A stretch of 64,000 nt of DNA, taken from the NCBI GenBank assembly GCA_965112155.1, contig OZ218099.1, one strand, 5' to 3'. Shown one piece after another: positions 61,651 to 64,000 of this stretch. The notes under the pieces are model-generated. The model saw only the letters and a list, made by a program, of their open reading frames with translations. It was not told the origin of the DNA and searched no databases. Origin of the DNA: Podarcis liolepis (taxonomy: Eukaryota). The first letter of the stretch is position 1. Every line of letters starts with the position of its first letter. The position numbers and the translations under genes were made by a program.

Positions 61651-61660
61651 TGCGTTCCAG

Positions 61661-61752
61661 GCAAGCTGTGGAGCAGAAGTCTGAAGCTGGCCTATACGCT
61701 GTTGAATAAACTGGGCACCAAAAATGAGCCTGTCTTGAAGCCTGGAGACAGA
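61661..61752 (+). CDS. DIP2B: DIP2B coding exon 9 (92 bp, phase 1-0)
   Basis: ttccag|...AGA|gtaaga; (G)KLWSRSLKLAYTLLNKLGTKNEPVLKPGDR. Confidence 0.97.
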
Positions 61753-62014
61753 GTAAGAAGCCTTAACAAACGGTTTATAGCTCCCTTTCTGAAAAATGAA
61801 CGGGGGTGGCGCATGAATGTATGTGCCTCTTCCCCTTTAAATGTTTTTTTAAAATTACTTCTTTAAAAAATTGCAGCACGTGAGTTAATTTTGCAGTCAT
61901 CTGATGAACATTCTTTGAGTTAAACAGCCTGTTTTGTGCTTTGCAGTGTAATGGTCCAAGCTTGACTGCTGTCTGTCCTACCTTCTCTAACTTAATGATT
62001 TCTGTGAATCACAG

Positions 62015-62125
62015 GTAGCCCTTGTTTATCCCAACAATGATCCTGTCATGTTCATGGTGGCGTTCTATGGCTGTTTGCTAGCTGAAGTCATCCCAGTGCC
62101 GATAGAGGTACCTCTAACCCGAAAG
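62015..62125 (+). CDS. DIP2B: DIP2B coding exon 10 (111 bp, phase 0-0)
   Basis: tcacag|...AAG|gtaacg; VALVYPNNDPVMFMVAFYGCLLAEVIPVPIEVPLTRK. Confidence 0.97.
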
Positions 62126-63309
62126 GTAACGTTGATGGAACTTAGAGGAGTGATAGGCTGTGGGATGAGAACCAAGTCAGGCTGTCGCCCTTGGATACAT
62201 TTAGACTTTGCGGCTTCCAGTTCTAGAGAGCCTGCCTTTCACAGCTGTTGCACATCCAGGCTGATATTTCGAAATGCTGGTGTTCTGTCATGCCTCGCTC
62301 TTCCGTCGAGCACATGGTAAAAGAGATCGAAGTATCTCACCTCTCCCTCGGTCAGTACCCTGGGCCTTATTCTCACCAGGGCTCAACACCTGCATTTTAG
62401 AGAACGTTATTTAAACAGCAACAATGGGGAGCTTCTTTTGTTATTTTGCAGTCCTACTGATTTCCATGGCACTGTGCTACTCCATAGGAATTGCGGTTTG
62501 CTCCCTTGCTGAAAAGCCAAATATTTCATTGTTTTTTTAAAAATAAATAAATCTTGAAATGCATTTCGGTAGTTGAAATGCAGGCAGTTTCCGAGCTACT
62601 GCTAACTACAGACACCAGAACTATAAGACACTATATCCGTTCCAGAGGGGAAAGTGAGTATAAGGCAAAAAGATGGTAGCATTTTGAATTCACTTCCCCA
62701 AACAGATATGTGTATTAACAAGTTCTGACATTGTTTTTCAAGACTTTTCGGGCATAGTTTTGTATCAGTGCCTATCAGAGGTAGCTTGAGAAACAGCCCT
62801 GATTGAAATGGGTTTCAGTGTAGATTTTCTGGCCAGCTTGTGTCCTGAGCACTGCTGAGAATAGGTCCTGGTGTTCTCGCTGAGTCCGTGTGTCACGTAA
62901 AGGTCACCTCTACCCTTACCATAATTGGAATAACACGCCATGCTAAGGTATTAAGAGTGTCTTTCAAGAGACGGCTTGGCAAAGAGCATGGTGAGAGAAG
63001 TGGTAATGAGGTGGTAACCTAGCCTGGTGATGCTATGGGTCTCCTAGGGGCATCTCTTTGATTTGTGGTCTCAATATGACAACTGCCATAACAACCCGCA
63101 TATGGAAACGGATTCCCCGCACTGACTCTATACGCTCAGTAGACCAGCCTGTCCATTTCAGTGCTTTCTTCCCTCGCTTCTGTTGTGTTGCAGGGGATTC
63201 TCTGATCATCTGCTCATTCCAGCTCGTTCCAGCCTAGTAAATTCCCCTTCTGTAGTTAAGGGATGCTGGGATTGGAAGAGGAGGGGTAGCTTCTTACCAA
63301 TATGCTGCT

Positions 63310-63310
<1 letters not shown>

Positions 63311-63353
<43 letters not shown>
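63311..63353. repeat. (ATT)n microsatellite
   Basis: Seen directly. Confidence 0.96.
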
Positions 63354-63875
63354 GTATGTGATTTCTGTTTGGCCTTTTTTTGTACGGAAATGCCATGTGT
63401 TCAGTCCATTTTTTAACAAATCAAGTTAACAAATAAAGACAAATAGCTTTATTTTAACAAATAAAGTTTGAATGCAATATGGATTTTGATATGTAGCCTG
63501 CTATTGTCTTGGGGTAGTTTTTTTTTTAATATGTTGAATTTGGGGGCAAATAGGAAGGAGTGCAGCCCTGGCAATGTTCTGTAGCAAGTCCTGCAGGTTA
63601 TCCTGCTGGGTATTTCACAAACTCCTGCTGTCTGGACCATTTAGGAACCTGTCCCACTGATGATTTCAAACTGTGACTATGAGCTCATCTACAGAGGTCC
63701 CTTCCTTTCGCTTCTTACATGGTAGTCTTGCCAATCTAATGCTTCCCCCTCCCCCTGTGGCTAGAGGAGAAAAGACCTGTTTGAGATTCTGTGGGCAACA
63801 GTTTGGCTACATTTCAGAACCTAGTAGTGAAGGGATTGGAGAACTGGACTTCAGGACCCTGCAAGTAAAATATAT

Positions 63876-64000
63876 GCAGGCAGAGGGCCTTCTCAGTAGT
63901 GGAACACCCTCCCTTCAGATGCCAAGGAGATAAAGAATTACACAACTTTTAGAAGACATCTGAAGGCAGCCCTCTATTGTGGGGTTTTTAATGCTTCATG
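63876..64000 (+). mobile_element. L2 LINE 3' fragment running off the right edge
   Basis: CAGAGGGCCTTCTC..GTGGAACACCCTCCCTTCAGATG..AAGACATCTGAAGGCAGCCCT matches the 49591/50479 family. Confidence 0.8.

Noticed and set aside
63255-63290. GATGCTGGG as the start of exon 11 (DAG...)
   Set aside because: No acceptor, and the continuation does not match the expected DAGGQQIGFLLGSCG; exon 11 lies beyond the window.
1-64000. CRISPR arrays, rRNA, bona fide tRNA genes or prokaryotic operons
   Set aside because: None seen; regular repeats are microsatellites or MITE-internal motifs, and tRNA-like segments belong to SINEs or the copia LTR.

Overview
Eukaryotic, vertebrate genomic DNA. The mix of Sauria SINEs, Squam3-type SINEs with CTT tails, RTE-BovB, CR1, L2 and L1 points to a squamate, most likely a lacertid lizard (inference). 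The whole window lies inside one plus-strand gene, DIP2B. Nine internal coding exons (equivalent to human exons 2-10) have canonical AG/GT boundaries and splice into one open frame; exon 1 is upstream and exon 11 onward downstream of the window. The introns are dense in transposons, many with recoverable target-site duplications (TSDs). Almost all ORFs in the supplied track are noise or repeat-derived. Best leads: (1) a young antisense Ty1/copia element at the left edge (LTR, half-tRNAiMet-type PBS, open gag start) whose U5 carries a sense-orientation, structured tRNAiMet-like segment with Pol III A/B-box-like motifs; (2) a SINE inserted into the polypyrimidine tract of exon 9; (3) a 5'-inverted non-L1 LINE nested in a hAT MITE; (4) a candidate 44-nt frameshifting cassette exon and a 161-codon overlapping +1 frame across exons 2-5. 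No prokaryotic features or CRISPR arrays. Repeat family names come from recalled consensus motifs, not from a database search.
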